DNA from: a virus
Lineage: Duplodnaviria; Caudoviricetes
Strand: one strand, 5' to 3'
Virus record (IMG/VR): IMGVR_UViG_3300038678_000203
Location: 1 to 52,427 of that record
DNA length: 52,427 nucleotides
Of the stretch, positions 36,084-45,197 are shown in pieces. The notes below the pieces were generated by a model. It searched no databases. It saw only the letters and a program-made list of their open reading frames with translations, and had not been told where the DNA came from. The first letter of the stretch is position 1; every line of letters begins with the position of its first letter. The translations under genes were made by a program, and so were the position numbers.

Positions 36084-36269
36084 ATGGTAACTAAAAAACA
36101 AAAAAAACTAGCAGAGAAAGCAAAAGCTGATTTGCAATATCAAATCGATAACTATAATATCGAAGTTGCTCATGAAAATGCTGACAGATTACTTTGTGAA
36201 TTTCTAAAAGAAATTGGATTTGATGAAGTAGTTAAAGTTTACAATAATGTAACTAAATGGTATGCTTAA
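36084..36269 (+). CDS. Conserved small phage protein
   Basis: E.AH..AD.LLC..L...G...VV..Y....KWYA motif. Confidence 0.7.
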   Translation: MVTKKQKKLAEKAKADLQYQIDNYNIEVAHENADRLLCEFLKEIGFDEVVKVYNNVTKWYA

Positions 36270-36286
36270 CCTTTAAACTTTTAGAT

Positions 36287-36487
36287 ATGAAACACTCAAT
36301 CAAGCGTATATTTTGGTCCGACATTTGGGCAAAATGGATGACGATAGCAATAATTGTATCACTTATTCAGTTAAGTCTTTTATTTCTTCATAGCAATCCG
36401 AGTTTGTTTATGATGTGCCATGTAATTGTATGGCCTACATGGTTTATAATTTGCGTAATAGTTAGATTAATTCACATGAAAAACTAA
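36287..36487 (+). CDS. Small two-TM membrane protein (start MKHSIK)
   Basis: Two hydrophobic helices. Confidence 0.55.
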   Translation: MKHSIKRIFWSDIWAKWMTIAIIVSLIQLSLLFLHSNPSLFMMCHVIVWPTWFIICVIVRLIHMKN

Positions 36488-36491
36488 AACT

Positions 36492-37331
36492 ATGAAACCA
36501 TTTTCGATTGATTTAAAAAACTCCGATAAAGGAGAACGTAAAAAGGCTGTTGCTTATCTTAGGGGTAAGGGTATTGAGGTTAAGAAAAGAGAGGAGTGTT
36601 TTCGTCCTGATTATTTAACTAACAACTGTGATGGAATTGATCTTTATAATTATTTTACATATCATAGCTGTACTCAAGGTCGTGAACTAATCCTAACCCT
36701 CCCCCGTGACTGGGACAAACTGATTAAGCTTGTTGAGGGGAAGAAAGAGTTTGAGAAACTTGAAATTAATAAGTGGTATAAATCACCACCTAATGTTTTT
36801 ATAAAGCATCTTGGAGATAATAGATGTTTAGGAATAGACGCTAAAAAAAATTGGAGAGAGGGTATGGAAATCCCTAATAATGAAGTTAGTCATTACACCC
36901 TAGCCACCCACGAAGAAATAAAACACCGCCTTACTAAAGAGGCTGAGAAGAGGGGGTTTAAGATTGGGACTAAGTATTTAAGTGTAAATAGTATCAGTCT
37001 TGGTAATAAACATACTATTAAAGGCGGGTTTGATTATCATCATAAAAATGATCATTTAACAGATGGACATGGAGGAGCCGCTTATTATCAAGGCAAATGG
37101 GCTGAAATAATCAAAGATGAGGTTCCTGAGACCCCTGTAGTTAATGGGTATAAGTTGGAGGTTGATGGTAATGGAATGTATAAATTCGGGTGCTTTCTGT
37201 TTGATAATCTCTATCCACAACATCTATTAGGTGCAATGGAAACTTATGGACTTGAAGCTATTCAGAAGAGAGACCAACTCATATCTATTGAGGATGTTAG
37301 AAAAGTTGTTGAATATATAAAAAATAAGTGA
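36492..37331 (+). CDS. Hypothetical protein
   Basis: 279 aa; EAEKRGFK.G and Y.QGKWAEII motifs seen in Bacteroidota phage proteins. Confidence 0.7.
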   Translation: MKPFSIDLKNSDKGERKKAVAYLRGKGIEVKKREECFRPDYLTNNCDGIDLYNYFTYHSCTQGRELILTLPRDWDKLIKLVEGKKEFEKLEINKWYKSPPNVFIKHLGDNRCLGIDAKKNWREGMEIPNNEVSHYTLATHEEIKHRLTKEAEKRGFKIGTKYLSVNSISLGNKHTIKGGFDYHHKNDHLTDGHGGAAYYQGKWAEIIKDEVPETPVVNGYKLEVDGNGMYKFGCFLFDNLYPQHLLGAMETYGLEAIQKRDQLISIEDVRKVVEYIKNK

Positions 37332-37332
37332 G

Positions 37333-37524
37333 ATGGAATTATTAGAACTGACATTTAGAAGTTTTTGGCATTTTTTAGGAATGACTATTATATTAAACGG
37401 GGCAGCTTATTTTGTAGTAAACGGATTAACTAGACTTTGGACTAAATTTATGCGTATGTTGATGGTTAGAAAACATGGATGGCCTCCTGAACATTTGGAT
37501 GCTGATGGTGACTGGAAAGACTAA
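37333..37524 (+). CDS. Small membrane protein
   Basis: SFWHFLG and HGWPPEHLDADGD motifs. Confidence 0.65.
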   Translation: MELLELTFRSFWHFLGMTIILNGAAYFVVNGLTRLWTKFMRMLMVRKHGWPPEHLDADGDWKD

Positions 37525-39101
37525 ACCACCCGCCTCTTACCAATAACCATTTTAGTCTCACGCCCTCCACGCTGATACAATAGGAATTCTCGTTGGAAGT
37601 ATTGGCACAACAGGTAATCAGCAGAATCCGAGCAATGACCGTATTTCTCATACGAAATCCCTGTACGAACATCTTTAACCTTCTTCTTTAGCTTGGTACC
37701 GTCTGCATCTTCTTTAGTAAACTGAAAATCTGCTATTGAGTTATAGCAATTTGTTCCTATCGTTATACTGTCACCTTCTTCGAATTTAGAATTAATCCAG
37801 TTACCACGCATAGCAACAGGTGGATTAGAGCGCGGCACCCTCATTGATGGGTTAAACTCACGAATATAGCCACAGAACAGTGTAAAGAAATTCTGACCTT
37901 TCTCAACCTTGGTATCTTCTTTCAAACTTGTAGCGTCTCCATAAACAAACACTCCAGTATCATGCGCAGTATACCGGCGGCAAAATTCACCCCCCAGGCT
38001 TCTTATTGTATTTTTAGGATGAGCTAAACACATCTCATCTATCTGCCAGACCTTACTACCTTCACCTTGCCATAGTGTTGCAGTGATATACGGATTCACA
38101 TTCTCATCTAAACTAATATGAATAGGTAAATCCGGGTTGTACATAATATCTCGTACATGCACTTGGTGAGAAAATGATTTGTAAAATTCTGATCCAACTT
38201 CCATAACTTTGGGGTTTTGCTGATGCAGGGCCTCGAACTTTACCGGGTTGCGCTGTTTGGCTTCTAAGGTCTTCTCTAAAGAATGCATACCTGACCATAG
38301 AACTTCACCTATCTCTCGAGGGTCTTCAGGATTTGAATTATCTACTTTTATAGCCGGAAAAATTATTATCTCCCAATGACTTGAATGCTGATCACTTAAA
38401 GCTTTCATTATTCTACCAGCTATATCATCAATATTCCATCTGGTTAGTGTTAATAAAATCTGACTATCGTTATTTAGTCTAGTTTCAAGCTCAGTAACAT
38501 ACCACTCCCATATTTTCTCTCGATATATCTGACTACCTGCTTCTTCAGCTCCTTTTATTGGATCATCAATTAGCGCAATATCAACAGGATTTCCAGTAAT
38601 ACCACCACCAACACCAACAGATATAAATGAGCCTTGATAACCTACAACTTCAAACTGTTCTGAGTTACGTAAGTAATTACCCTTTGAGTCAGTAGCAACG
38701 TTTTTAGTATTAAGCCTAGTATCAGGAAATACCTCATTGTAACTAGGTTCTAAGATTATACGCTGAACCTGGCGATTAAATTTACTAGCAAAAGTTGCGT
38801 TGTAAGCACATACTGCTATACGAAGATTAGGATTTCTACCAAGCATGTAAGGGGGTAAGCGCCTGGATGTTAGCTCCGATTTTCCTGTTTGAGGGGGCAT
38901 AAACACCATCATTCGCTTAATCTCACCGCGTGCAAATCGATTCAGCTTATCGCATAAAACTTTGTGGTGCCAGTTTGTTATGTAATCATCTTTCGTATAA
39001 CGAGTAAAGGCTAGTATGTCGGACCGGGCTTGGTCTCTTAATTTTTCTCTTTCGAGCGTGTATAATTCTTCTAGTAATTCGAGTTCGTCATTCCTTGACA
39101 C
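37521..39101 (-). CDS. terL: Terminase large subunit
   Basis: Walker A MPPQTGKSE, VGVGGGITG, Walker B IIDDP-type (IALIDDP), QQNP and nuclease H.SD..DY motifs. Confidence 0.95.
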   Translation of the reverse strand: MSRNDELELLEELYTLEREKLRDQARSDILAFTRYTKDDYITNWHHKVLCDKLNRFARGEIKRMMVFMPPQTGKSELTSRRLPPYMLGRNPNLRIAVCAYNATFASKFNRQVQRIILEPSYNEVFPDTRLNTKNVATDSKGNYLRNSEQFEVVGYQGSFISVGVGGGITGNPVDIALIDDPIKGAEEAGSQIYREKIWEWYVTELETRLNNDSQILLTLTRWNIDDIAGRIMKALSDQHSSHWEIIIFPAIKVDNSNPEDPREIGEVLWSGMHSLEKTLEAKQRNPVKFEALHQQNPKVMEVGSEFYKSFSHQVHVRDIMYNPDLPIHISLDENVNPYITATLWQGEGSKVWQIDEMCLAHPKNTIRSLGGEFCRRYTAHDTGVFVYGDATSLKEDTKVEKGQNFFTLFCGYIREFNPSMRVPRSNPPVAMRGNWINSKFEEGDSITIGTNCYNSIADFQFTKEDADGTKLKKKVKDVRTGISYEKYGHCSDSADYLLCQYFQREFLLYQRGGRETKMVIGKRRVV

Positions 39102-39618
39102 CTAGCTTTATTTTAAGTTCTTCGATTCGCGCTTCTCTTTGCTCATTATCAAGAGTTCGCCGGTCATCTTTGATATCAATATCTTGTCTTTCAGCCCACC
39201 TAATACCATCATTAGGGTTTACTTTCCCTCTTCTGTTTTTAAGCCAAATATTTACGGCAGCCACATCAGGAGGCAATTCTTTTGTAACAATCTTTTTTTT
39301 ATAAGTGTCAGTTGTTATCATTTCATTCGGAGTGATTTCAAGATTTACTTTATTATCAACCTTCTCGAAATACACTTCATCATACTTATATCCAAGAGCT
39401 CTTTTATAAAGAGATTCAGCTACTTTCGTGTCAGCTTCTATCTTTCCTGTTTTTATGGACTGTAAAAATTCTGGTTCTCTCTTTTTCCAATTGTTAATAG
39501 TTTTCTCTTCTACATTAAAAAAATCAGCAAATTCTTTATCTGTAGCACCAAGCAAAGCGAGCTTATAAACTTGCTCATTATATTGTTTTTTATATTTTGT
39601 TGGTGCTCCTGCTGGCAT
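39088..39618 (-). CDS. terS: Terminase small subunit
   Basis: G.PTKY, GATD.E.ADFF.V...TINNWK, V..SLYKRALGY and WLKNR motifs. Confidence 0.9.
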   Translation of the reverse strand: MPAGAPTKYKKQYNEQVYKLALLGATDKEFADFFNVEEKTINNWKKREPEFLQSIKTGKIEADTKVAESLYKRALGYKYDEVYFEKVDNKVNLEITPNEMITTDTYKKKIVTKELPPDVAAVNIWLKNRRGKVNPNDGIRWAERQDIDIKDDRRTLDNEQREARIEELKIKLGVKE

Positions 39619-39784
39619 AGCTAATATTAATTTCTATTTGTTTAACTGGCATTATTCCTAAAACCGGGCCGCAATCGATAATAACTTCTTTTTTGTCTGA
39701 TATATCAATTGAATTGATTTGAGGGTAATTTAAACAAAATGTCTTATATAGATCAATAACCATATTTGCTTTTAGATTATTCAT
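39590..39784 (-). CDS. Hypothetical protein (start MNNLKA)
   Basis: ORF upstream of terS. Confidence 0.45.
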   Translation of the reverse strand: MNNLKANMVIDLYKTFCLNYPQINSIDISDKKEVIIDCGPVLGIMPVKQIEINISYASRSTNKI

Positions 39785-39785
39785 A

Positions 39786-39971
39786 CTAAACCTCCACAAC
39801 ATTAACAGGAACATCGAAAGTCTCTGATACTTCTTGAGCTTCAGCTACCGTATCGAAATCCCTTGCATTAGTAATCGGATCGAATAGGGCGAGTACCAAT
39901 CCTCTCGAATCAAGAGTTGAGCCGTTGAAGTATAGGCTAGGGGTTGATGTTGATTGTAAGTGTATAGCCAT
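39786..39971 (-). CDS. Small hypothetical protein, first gene of packaging operon
   Basis: 61 aa; preceded by TAACTTTAC. Confidence 0.6.
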   Translation of the reverse strand: MAIHLQSTSTPSLYFNGSTLDSRGLVLALFDPITNARDFDTVAEAQEVSETFDVPVNVVEV

Positions 39972-39999
39972 AGTGTTGTAAAGTTAGTTAAAAAATTAG

Positions 40000-40431
40000 T
40001 TATTCGCAGTCAATATCTTTAAATATTTTCTCATCAGCTTTAATTGTTGAATCTTTCTTATCCTTTAATCTTATAATATTTATTGCCATATCATATTGCC
40101 GGCATTTCTCTGAATATATGCTATCAGGATGAACTTTCTTAGTATATACATTAAGATTTTCACCACCTAAATTCATAATTGTTCCAACTATATACCCATC
40201 AACTGAATCAACAACTATTTTCTTTTCTCTTATTACAGTATCACAATTATCATATACATGATAATAATTACCTTTGAGAGTTTTCTCCCATCTCCCACTA
40301 CTCCAATGAGTAGTGGTATCTATTCTTGTTTCGTAAATAGGTATTTTACAAGGTACGATAGCTTGTTTAATTGATAATTTTCCTGTGCAACTGCATAAAA
40401 TTACTACTGTTAAAATTAATATGTTTTTCAT
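40000..40431 (-). CDS. Lipoprotein
   Basis: MKNILILTVVILCS-C lipobox. Confidence 0.65.
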   Translation of the reverse strand: MKNILILTVVILCSCTGKLSIKQAIVPCKIPIYETRIDTTTHWSSGRWEKTLKGNYYHVYDNCDTVIREKKIVVDSVDGYIVGTIMNLGGENLNVYTKKVHPDSIYSEKCRQYDMAINIIRLKDKKDSTIKADEKIFKDIDCE

Positions 40432-40435
40432 ATCC

Positions 40436-40768
40436 TTAAATTTTATTAGTTAATATTTTTCGATACCAGGGAAGAGAGTTGAAGGAGTTAATTTGGGACT
40501 CAATTTTCATTCGCTTATCGTTTACTTTGCCAATCTCAGATTTTAATTCTTTGATTAACTCTTTTTCGAAACCCTTTATTTCTTGTTTCGTTCGGAATAC
40601 TTTACGATATCTACAGCCTACTAATCCTTTATCCCGCGATACCTCATACATCTCATAATTAAACGCAAAAGCTTTTTCCAAATCTTCATTTTCCTTGTAA
40701 ACTGAAAGAACCCTTTCCATTCCTTCCTTAGAAAGAATACCCGATTCTAATATGTCTTGTAGTTTCAT
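40436..40768 (-). CDS. Hypothetical protein
   Basis: 110 aa; C-terminal FN.LPWYRK. Confidence 0.65.
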   Translation of the reverse strand: MKLQDILESGILSKEGMERVLSVYKENEDLEKAFAFNYEMYEVSRDKGLVGCRYRKVFRTKQEIKGFEKELIKELKSEIGKVNDKRMKIESQINSFNSLPWYRKILTNKI

Positions 40769-40920
40769 TAAATCACCCTATGAAGTTCATGATATTCTAT
40801 TTCGGGCCGTCTGATGGCCTCGTTATATTCTACCATCGCCCCAAGGATGATGATAGCTAAGAGAAGAAGTGCAACGAATGGTAATAAATATATTGAAAAT
40901 AAAAATGTCCATTTTCTCAT
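40768..40920 (-). CDS. 50-aa single-TM protein, not in ORF track
   Basis: Translated by hand (MRKWTFLFSIYLLPF...). Confidence 0.5.
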   Translation of the reverse strand: MRKWTFLFSIYLLPFVALLLLAIIILGAMVEYNEAIRRPEIEYHELHRVI

Positions 40921-40944
40921 ATATTAAGTGTTCGTTAATAATAC

Positions 40945-41154
40945 TTAGCGAAGAATCTCCCGCTTCCTGTCACTCTTTCTTATCACCGCTACTGTAGCCG
41001 GCTTGTAAAACTCCACTTCTGTATCGGGCATTTGCCAGTTATTAACTGAATATTTAATGTCCTGGTAAACGCAGCAGGATGAGCAGAGGACTGCGAGTAG
41101 GAGAATAATGCCTACGGCAATCAGTAGTGATTTGGTTATGTGTTTATCTTTCAT
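40945..41154 (-). CDS. Small lipoprotein (start MKDKHI)
   Basis: LLLAVLCSS-C. Confidence 0.55.
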   Translation of the reverse strand: MKDKHITKSLLIAVGIILLLAVLCSSCCVYQDIKYSVNNWQMPDTEVEFYKPATVAVIRKSDRKREILR

Positions 41155-41746
41155 GATTATTTGTTTTCCATGAGTTAATACAAGAATCTTTGAAAGCCTC
41201 AGTGTTATAATTCTCGTAATAATGTCCAAATCCTGATTCCGTATATCCATATAACGAATCCCTTAATTCTGGTGTCATAACCCTGCCATTAAATATTAAT
41301 ATATTATCGTGTAAATGCATTGTGGTGTCTGACCTACTATAATGATTGTTATTCTCCATCCTGCGATAATCCTTAACATATCTACCAGTTGAGTCTTTCC
41401 TGTAATAAGGTATATAAGTTGTACCATTTTCAAATATTGTCCAACCCCAGGCATTCACTTGACATTTTCCTGGTTCATCTCCATGAAACTTTACATTACT
41501 AACTGTAATCGAATCGCAATCCCTAAATATTAAAGATTTGTTTCTCTCATACTCATCAACTGCTTCAGGATACAATTCTTTAATCATAGACCTACCTTCA
41601 TTGTCTGTCTCAACATAAAAAGTCCCATATCTGAATCCTTTTTCAAAGTTATTAGGTATTATTATAATGCCCACTGAAATACCCAATAACATACTCAATA
41701 ACATTGCTAAAATTAAAAATAGAATAATTGGTTTATTTTTCATCAT
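41144..41746 (-). CDS. Membrane-anchored exported protein
   Basis: N-terminal TM segment. Confidence 0.65.
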   Translation of the reverse strand: MMKNKPIILFLILAMLLSMLLGISVGIIIIPNNFEKGFRYGTFYVETDNEGRSMIKELYPEAVDEYERNKSLIFRDCDSITVSNVKFHGDEPGKCQVNAWGWTIFENGTTYIPYYRKDSTGRYVKDYRRMENNNHYSRSDTTMHLHDNILIFNGRVMTPELRDSLYGYTESGFGHYYENYNTEAFKDSCINSWKTNNHER

Positions 41747-41922
41747 ACAACTTTTTCAATATTAAAATATGCTGCTATAAATACTATAATCACAACATAA
41801 ACGAATCTTCCAAATATCCACCAATTTCTAAAATCGAATTCCATAACAATAAATGCTGCTATTAAATACACACATATTATAGGTAGTATTGTTGCCAATA
41901 TATGCATTAATGCTTTTTTCAT
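41743..41922 (-). CDS. 59-aa two-TM protein, not in ORF track
   Basis: Translated by hand (MKKALMHILATILP...). Confidence 0.55.
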   Translation of the reverse strand: MKKALMHILATILPIICVYLIAAFIVMEFDFRNWWIFGRFVYVVIIVFIAAYFNIEKVV

Positions 41923-41924
41923 GA

Positions 41925-42287
41925 TTATCGTTTTAATATGAGTTCTTCTCCTGTTAGTGCGAAGTATAGGTTTTGCAGTTGATGAACGTAATGTACTTGA
42001 GCATGAGGAACAATCCCTCCTTCAGGTTCAAGATTTAATACCCCAAATGATGACATTTTAAATTTATGAAAAAGATATCTATGCCAGCTTCCTTTAGGAT
42101 GCCAGTAGCTTCCTCTTTTCTCAAACCCAAACTTCAACAACCACTCTTCGGTTAATGGGATGGGTTTAAACCTGCTTAACTTTCTATCATCATTACTAAA
42201 ATGGCAATAAAAATCAAAACCTTGTAATGTTGCTGTAGTTCCGTACAAATCAAGTAAATTCCCAATTCTTAGTTCAGTTGCTTTCAT
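41925..42287 (-). CDS. Conserved Bacteroidota phage protein
   Basis: MKATELRIGN, PIPLTEEWLLKFGF and YVHQLQNLYFALTGEEL motifs. Confidence 0.85.
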   Translation of the reverse strand: MKATELRIGNLLDLYGTTATLQGFDFYCHFSNDDRKLSRFKPIPLTEEWLLKFGFEKRGSYWHPKGSWHRYLFHKFKMSSFGVLNLEPEGGIVPHAQVHYVHQLQNLYFALTGEELILKR

Positions 42288-42556
42288 ACCTCAGCGCTTA
42301 AAGTGTAATAAGTTCGATTTGTCTTATCCACGTATTCCCACCAATCTTCATCTATTGCCACCCTCCAAAGATATTTACGTGGAATTTTCCATTTGTAATA
42401 TCGCTTGTCAATCGGTTGGTTGTTTTTCCATTGATTGTACAGGACCTGTTTAATATAAACGATCAGAATACTGATAATAGAAAATCCGAATACACCGATA
42501 AGGGTTAGCCAGAACCAAAACATTACAGGAATTTCTAAGTTTAGTAGAGCTATCAT
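42284..42556 (-). CDS. Single-TM protein downstream of sigma factor
   Basis: N-terminal TM helix. Confidence 0.55.
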   Translation of the reverse strand: MIALLNLEIPVMFWFWLTLIGVFGFSIISILIVYIKQVLYNQWKNNQPIDKRYYKWKIPRKYLWRVAIDEDWWEYVDKTNRTYYTLSAEV

Positions 42557-43008
42557 GGTGTTATAGAGTTTTTAATTATTTCTTTTCCGCATTTTATATC
42601 TGACTTTATAGTATTTAAAGGGATATCCATCTTATCTGCAATATCCACATATTTAACTCCGAGATATCTCATAAACATTATCCTTTTAACTTTCTTGTTT
42701 TTGATACCCCTTATCGCAAGACTAAGATTTTGATAAGACTTAACCTTTTCAGTTTCATAAAAGTCAATGTCATCAATGATCGGAAATGTTTCGATTTTTC
42801 TTTTGCGTATTTGGCCTATAAATTCATTTCTCATCACAGTACAAGCCCAATTATAATAACTAGCATCGTCTTTAGCGTGATACATGTCATTATTTTTTAA
42901 CAGCTTTACGTTAACATCCTGAAGCAAGTCCTTTGCTTTCTCTGTATTTCTTGTCAATATACGAGCAAAAGACTGTAATCGCTCCTGAATGTCGGTTAGA
43001 TGAGTCAT
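42553..43008 (-). CDS. ECF-type RNA polymerase sigma factor
   Basis: Region 2 (FA..LTRN.E.AKDLLQD, W...VMRN.FI...RK) and region 4 (G.KY.DIA..M.IPLNTIKS). Confidence 0.85.
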   Translation of the reverse strand: MTHLTDIQERLQSFARILTRNTEKAKDLLQDVNVKLLKNNDMYHAKDDASYYNWACTVMRNEFIGQIRKRKIETFPIIDDIDFYETEKVKSYQNLSLAIRGIKNKKVKRIMFMRYLGVKYVDIADKMDIPLNTIKSDIKCGKEIIKNSITP

Positions 43009-43370
43009 CAAAAAGGTAAATCGCCTACACCATCAACCACACTACCACCAGTTACATTATTGGGCTCTGATTCTGAGCGTCCGCCGGATGAAACACTGGC
43101 ATTTCCAATTATAGGAAGTGCTTCACGCTCTTTTTCGCTCATCGCTTCGCGCACTTCTTTAGAGAAAGATTGTTTAAGCAGGTGAGTATCTTTGTTCTCT
43201 TTATCCTTCGGTGTGTAGTCAAATCCTACGATATCGAAAAATACATTTCCTTTTTCTGACAGAAAAAGTTTGTTAGCTTGAATAGGAATGCAGATAAGTG
43301 TTTCTCCTTCTGTTTTTCCTTTTACAAGTCCGTGGTTAAGTGTGCTTAAGTTAATTTTTAATTTAATCAT
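43008..43370 (-). CDS. Putative single-stranded DNA-binding protein
   Basis: DTHLLKQS.SKE.R and PIIGN motifs; acidic DLPF C-terminus. Confidence 0.65.
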   Translation of the reverse strand: MIKLKINLSTLNHGLVKGKTEGETLICIPIQANKLFLSEKGNVFFDIVGFDYTPKDKENKDTHLLKQSFSKEVREAMSEKEREALPIIGNASVSSGGRSESEPNNVTGGSVVDGVGDLPF

Positions 43371-43374
43371 TTGT

Positions 43375-43548
43375 TTAAGTGTTAAGTGTTAAAAAAGGTG
43401 TTACGATATGTGACTTAGCATCAGGATGCTCCCTTATTAAAATATCTTTAGCCTGTAATTCATCCTCAGTCCAAATAAATTCTTGTACATCTTCATCGCT
43501 TTGGCCAACATTATTATAATATTTAGCTATTCCTATAAACGGTTTCAT
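43375..43548 (-). CDS. 57-aa hypothetical protein, not in ORF track
   Basis: Translated by hand; ATGA-coupled and fills the gap. Confidence 0.5.
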   Translation of the reverse strand: MKPFIGIAKYYNNVGQSDEDVQEFIWTEDELQAKDILIREHPDAKSHIVTPFLTLNT

Positions 43549-43889
43549 AACTCATTAGCTTTTTTAATTAGACTACGCAGGGTTAATTCTGAATACTCTA
43601 TTCCATCAATTGTTGCAATGATAGGTTGATCTTTGCGTTGCCAGATTAAAGTACATTTATCTAAGATATTTCTATCCTTTAACCAAAAACCTAAATCGCC
43701 ATTAAGCTCTTTTTCCGTTACTAAATAAATCTTATCGAATGACACATCAGTTCCTATAAGATTTTCATCAAGCATATTTAAATCAATTCCTCCATCACTA
43801 TAAGAAATGGCTGTATCTAAAATCATTACTCGTAATATCCCATCTGAATCTTCTATTATCATTCCTGGTTTAATCTCGCATTTTTTCAT
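43545..43889 (-). CDS. Hypothetical protein
   Basis: 114-aa ORF. Confidence 0.65.
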   Translation of the reverse strand: MKKCEIKPGMIIEDSDGILRVMILDTAISYSDGGIDLNMLDENLIGTDVSFDKIYLVTEKELNGDLGFWLKDRNILDKCTLIWQRKDQPIIATIDGIEYSELTLRSLIKKANEL

Positions 43890-43893
43890 ATCT

Positions 43894-44136
43894 CTAAGTA
43901 TTAAGTTTAAATGTATTAATAAGTTTCTTCAAGTGAGGATTCTCTTCCTTCATCCTTATAATTTGGAAGTAGTTATCTACCTCTATTTCAATTAGTTGTA
44001 AAAATTCCAAGAGCTGAGGTGTTAGCTTGGCGACTTTAATAGTCTCACCCGAAACACCGTCGATCACATTCATTGACCGGATCAATATCCCATCGGGCGT
44101 TATCTCTGCGGTTTTTATTACTAATCTTGTAGACAT
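43894..44136 (-). CDS. Hypothetical protein
   Basis: 80 aa; C-terminal EENPHLKKLI..F.L. Confidence 0.6.
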   Translation of the reverse strand: MSTRLVIKTAEITPDGILIRSMNVIDGVSGETIKVAKLTPQLLEFLQLIEIEVDNYFQIIRMKEENPHLKKLINTFKLNT

Positions 44137-44462
44137 TTGCCGATTAGTTCTTTAAATTGTTCAACGCTACGAATCACGTAATATTTGTATCCCTCTTTGC
44201 CGATTATGGTTTCCCATGTTAATTGAGAGGGGGATTGCCTACCTGTAGGTGTTTTAAATTCGATGAATATCGGGCCGCGTCCGTAGGGGAGAAGTAAACA
44301 AACATCTGCAACACCACGCTGCAAGCCCATTGCTTTATTTTTTACAGCAGCCTCTTTGGATCGAGAGTTATTATTGATCACGAAATATAAACCCCTATAC
44401 TGGGCGTAAACATTGTGGAAGTGCATGAAACACTCTTGTTGTATTCGGGATTCGGTTAACAT
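44121..44462 (-). CDS. VRR-NUC domain nuclease (possible resolvase)
   Basis: E..IQ, GL..GVAD, FIEFK...GRQS..Q and Y.V.RSV motifs. Confidence 0.9.
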   Translation of the reverse strand: MLTESRIQQECFMHFHNVYAQYRGLYFVINNNSRSKEAAVKNKAMGLQRGVADVCLLLPYGRGPIFIEFKTPTGRQSPSQLTWETIIGKEGYKYYVIRSVEQFKELIGKCLQD

Positions 44463-44965
44463 AATTCAGGGTTTTCGTGAATGTTGCCGATTACTTCTAA
44501 ATCTTCCATACTATTAGACGGGCAGAATGGTAGTTGTTCAAATTGCACTTTAGAGTTTTCGTGTTTCCTATAACAAACAAATGATGCACTACTATTATTC
44601 CATTTTACTTCAAATTTGTTTAGTTTATAACTAGGGGCGTATCTTGCTCTCAATATATAGCCCTCATAAATATCAACTCCATTTATATCTTTGATCCCGG
44701 TGAATTCCATAGGAATAAAATTATTTTCTTCAATCCATATCCAATCTTCTCCAGGTAAGACAGTAAGCAATAAATCGAAATGATCTTCATCGCTATGATA
44801 AATACCATCTTCTATAAACTGAATATGTTTTGGAAGTCCATCAATATAACTTTGAAATTTATCATAATCATATCCCATCATACCTGAGCCGTAAAGAGTA
44901 ATGTTATCAAGCATTATACTTAAATCAGGAATCCAAGCCCGAAATTTAATTTCCCTATTTTTCAT
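44456..44965 (-). CDS. YopX family protein (start MKNREIKFRAW)
   Basis: REIKFRAW, FTG.KD.NG.DIYEG and EVIGNIHENPEL motifs. Confidence 0.9.
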   Translation of the reverse strand: MKNREIKFRAWIPDLSIMLDNITLYGSGMMGYDYDKFQSYIDGLPKHIQFIEDGIYHSDEDHFDLLLTVLPGEDWIWIEENNFIPMEFTGIKDINGVDIYEGYILRARYAPSYKLNKFEVKWNNSSASFVCYRKHENSKVQFEQLPFCPSNSMEDLEVIGNIHENPELC

Positions 44966-45161
44966 CAGAGTCAACAATATATTTAGTTTCTCCAACTTTT
45001 ACACGGGGATTCTTATTGAATCGCACGCCGTTGTAAGATAATCCTTTTGCTTTTGCAAAGGCGGTTATAGTCCTTAGATTCAGTTTTTTTACAATAGCCT
45101 CAAATAGCTCCACGAGAAAGCTGGTTGGCTTGCTATCGATTATTTCGTTTATTTCTTTCAT
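44955..45161 (-). CDS. Small HTH-like protein
   Basis: TITAFAKAKGLSYNGV. Confidence 0.55.
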   Translation of the reverse strand: MKEINEIIDSKPTSFLVELFEAIVKKLNLRTITAFAKAKGLSYNGVRFNKNPRVKVGETKYIVDSDEK

Positions 45162-45164
45162 CCC

Positions 45165-45197
45165 GCTAATGTATGCAATTTATTTCAGTTGTGCAAA
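45165..45197 (-). promoter_or_regulatory. Early-type promoter, near-leaderless transcript
   Basis: TTTGCACAACTGAAATAAATTGCATACATTAGC, 3 nt before the ATG. Confidence 0.7.
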
